Shown here: one piece after another, positions 63,340-64,000 of the stretch
Position numbering within the stretch: the first letter of the stretch is position 1
How the letters are laid out: every line of letters begins with the position of its first letter
Position numbers and translations under genes: made by a program
Virus record (IMG/VR): IMGVR_UViG_3300042887_005324
Coordinates: 110,042 to 174,041 of that record
Source of the DNA: a virus
Reading direction: 5' to 3' (one strand)
Length of the DNA: 64,000 nucleotides
Notes under the pieces: generated by a model
What the model was told of the DNA's origin: nothing
Databases searched by the model: none
Seen by the model: only the letters and a program-made list of their open reading frames with translations

Positions 63340-64000
63340 ATGAGAGTTTCGAAATTTGTTAAAGCTCATAAAGATATCTTATTAGAGTACATCTATAACG
63401 ATGGTAATAATATAGGTGATCCCTATAAAATATTAGTTAACATTAGAGACAACTCTTATTCTTATCAAGCAGGTGATTCAAGTACCACTGGGAACACAAC
63501 TACTAATCAATTGTTTAGACTTGATGGGGTAAGTAATACTTATGGATTAGTCAATACAACAAACTATTCGTTTCTTTCACTTAGAGAGTATCCATCAGGC
63601 TTTCCTACAAGACATGATACATTAAAAATTCACTTACCAGTTAATTACACATTTGGTGAGTATTTGGGTTGTTATGTTAGAATTTATGCATTTGACTATA
63701 ACAACGAAAAAACATACGATGTAAGTAACTTCTTTTTTGATGCAACTGATGTTAATCAATCTTATTTACTTGGATATAATTCACCACCATTGCTTTTTCA
63801 AGAAAAACTTTGGGGTAAAAATCTAACACTTGAAGTACCTGCGGTATTTGCTTTAGCTAATCAAAGAGTTAATAATGCGACTAAACAAAACACAATAAAT
63901 TTTAATTTGACAAATGGGGCTGGGATTGGTCTCAACACTCCAATTTTTATTGATTTTCATTTTATAACAAGTAAAAAAACTGTTAATAGTGTTACTACTT
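63340..64000 (+). CDS. 3'-truncated putative structural protein (not in ORF track)
   Basis: MRVSKFVKAHKDILLEYIYNDG..., appears open to the window end; TAATATATA at 63311. Confidence 0.6.
   Translation, partial: MRVSKFVKAHKDILLEYIYNDGNNIGDPYKILVNIRDNSYSYQAGDSSTTGNTTTNQLFRLDGVSNTYGLVNTTNYSFLSLREYPSGFPTRHDTLKIHLPVNYTFGEYLGCYVRIYAFDYNNEKTYDVSNFFFDATDVNQSYLLGYNSPPLLFQEKLWGKNLTLEVPAVFALANQRVNNATKQNTINFNLTNGAGIGLNTPIFIDFHFITSKKTVNSVTT

Noticed and set aside
1-64000. Stop-codon reassignment as in some Bacteroidota jumbo phages
   Set aside because: Genes are full-length and tightly packed in code 11; TAG and TGA terminate plausible genes
1-64000. Bacterial chromosome origin, given smpB, rpsA, rpsU, rpe, ligA and trxA
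   Set aside because: These genes are scattered among gp32/gp46-like, fibre and homing endonuclease genes with no bacterial operon context, and several are degenerate or truncated

Overview
An AT-rich, densely coding 64-kb segment of a very large tailed phage (jumbo, T4-like replication toolkit) in the standard genetic code. It most likely infects a Bacteroidota (Flavobacteriia-like) host, judged from TAnnTTTG promoters, absent Shine-Dalgarno sites, a Flavobacterium-type bS21 and signal peptides cleaved before Gln. Replication/repair genes: RuvC-like resolvase, Rad50/gp46, NAD-dependent ligase, gp32-like SSB. Virion genes: three collagen-like fibres (two very large, one with C1q-like domains) and several large structural proteins. 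Host-takeover genes: bS21, a 4-domain bS1, a free bL12 C-terminal domain, SmpB, initiator tRNA-fMet, an ECF sigma factor, DnaJ, thioredoxin, Rpe and an Acb1-like 2H phosphoesterase. Exported proteins: an outer-membrane barrel, a GH25 muramidase and a non-specific nuclease. Main discoveries from reading the intergenic DNA: (1) a candidate phage-encoded 6S-like RNA (about 50145-50260) with its own promoter and terminator; (2) three promoter classes (host-sigma TAnnTTTG; TAAAC-N17/18-TATAAA shared by the phage sigma gene, the 6S-like RNA, S1 and SSB; and TAATATATA before virion genes), many so close to the ATG that the mRNAs look leaderless; (3) a shared R-[DN]-x-K-[IL]-x-x-[LI] peptide on at least 8 unrelated small proteins, including host-protein mimics (an ACP lacking its Ser, a bL12 CTD lacking its anchor). 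All assignments are by eye and from memory of protein families; no database searches were run.
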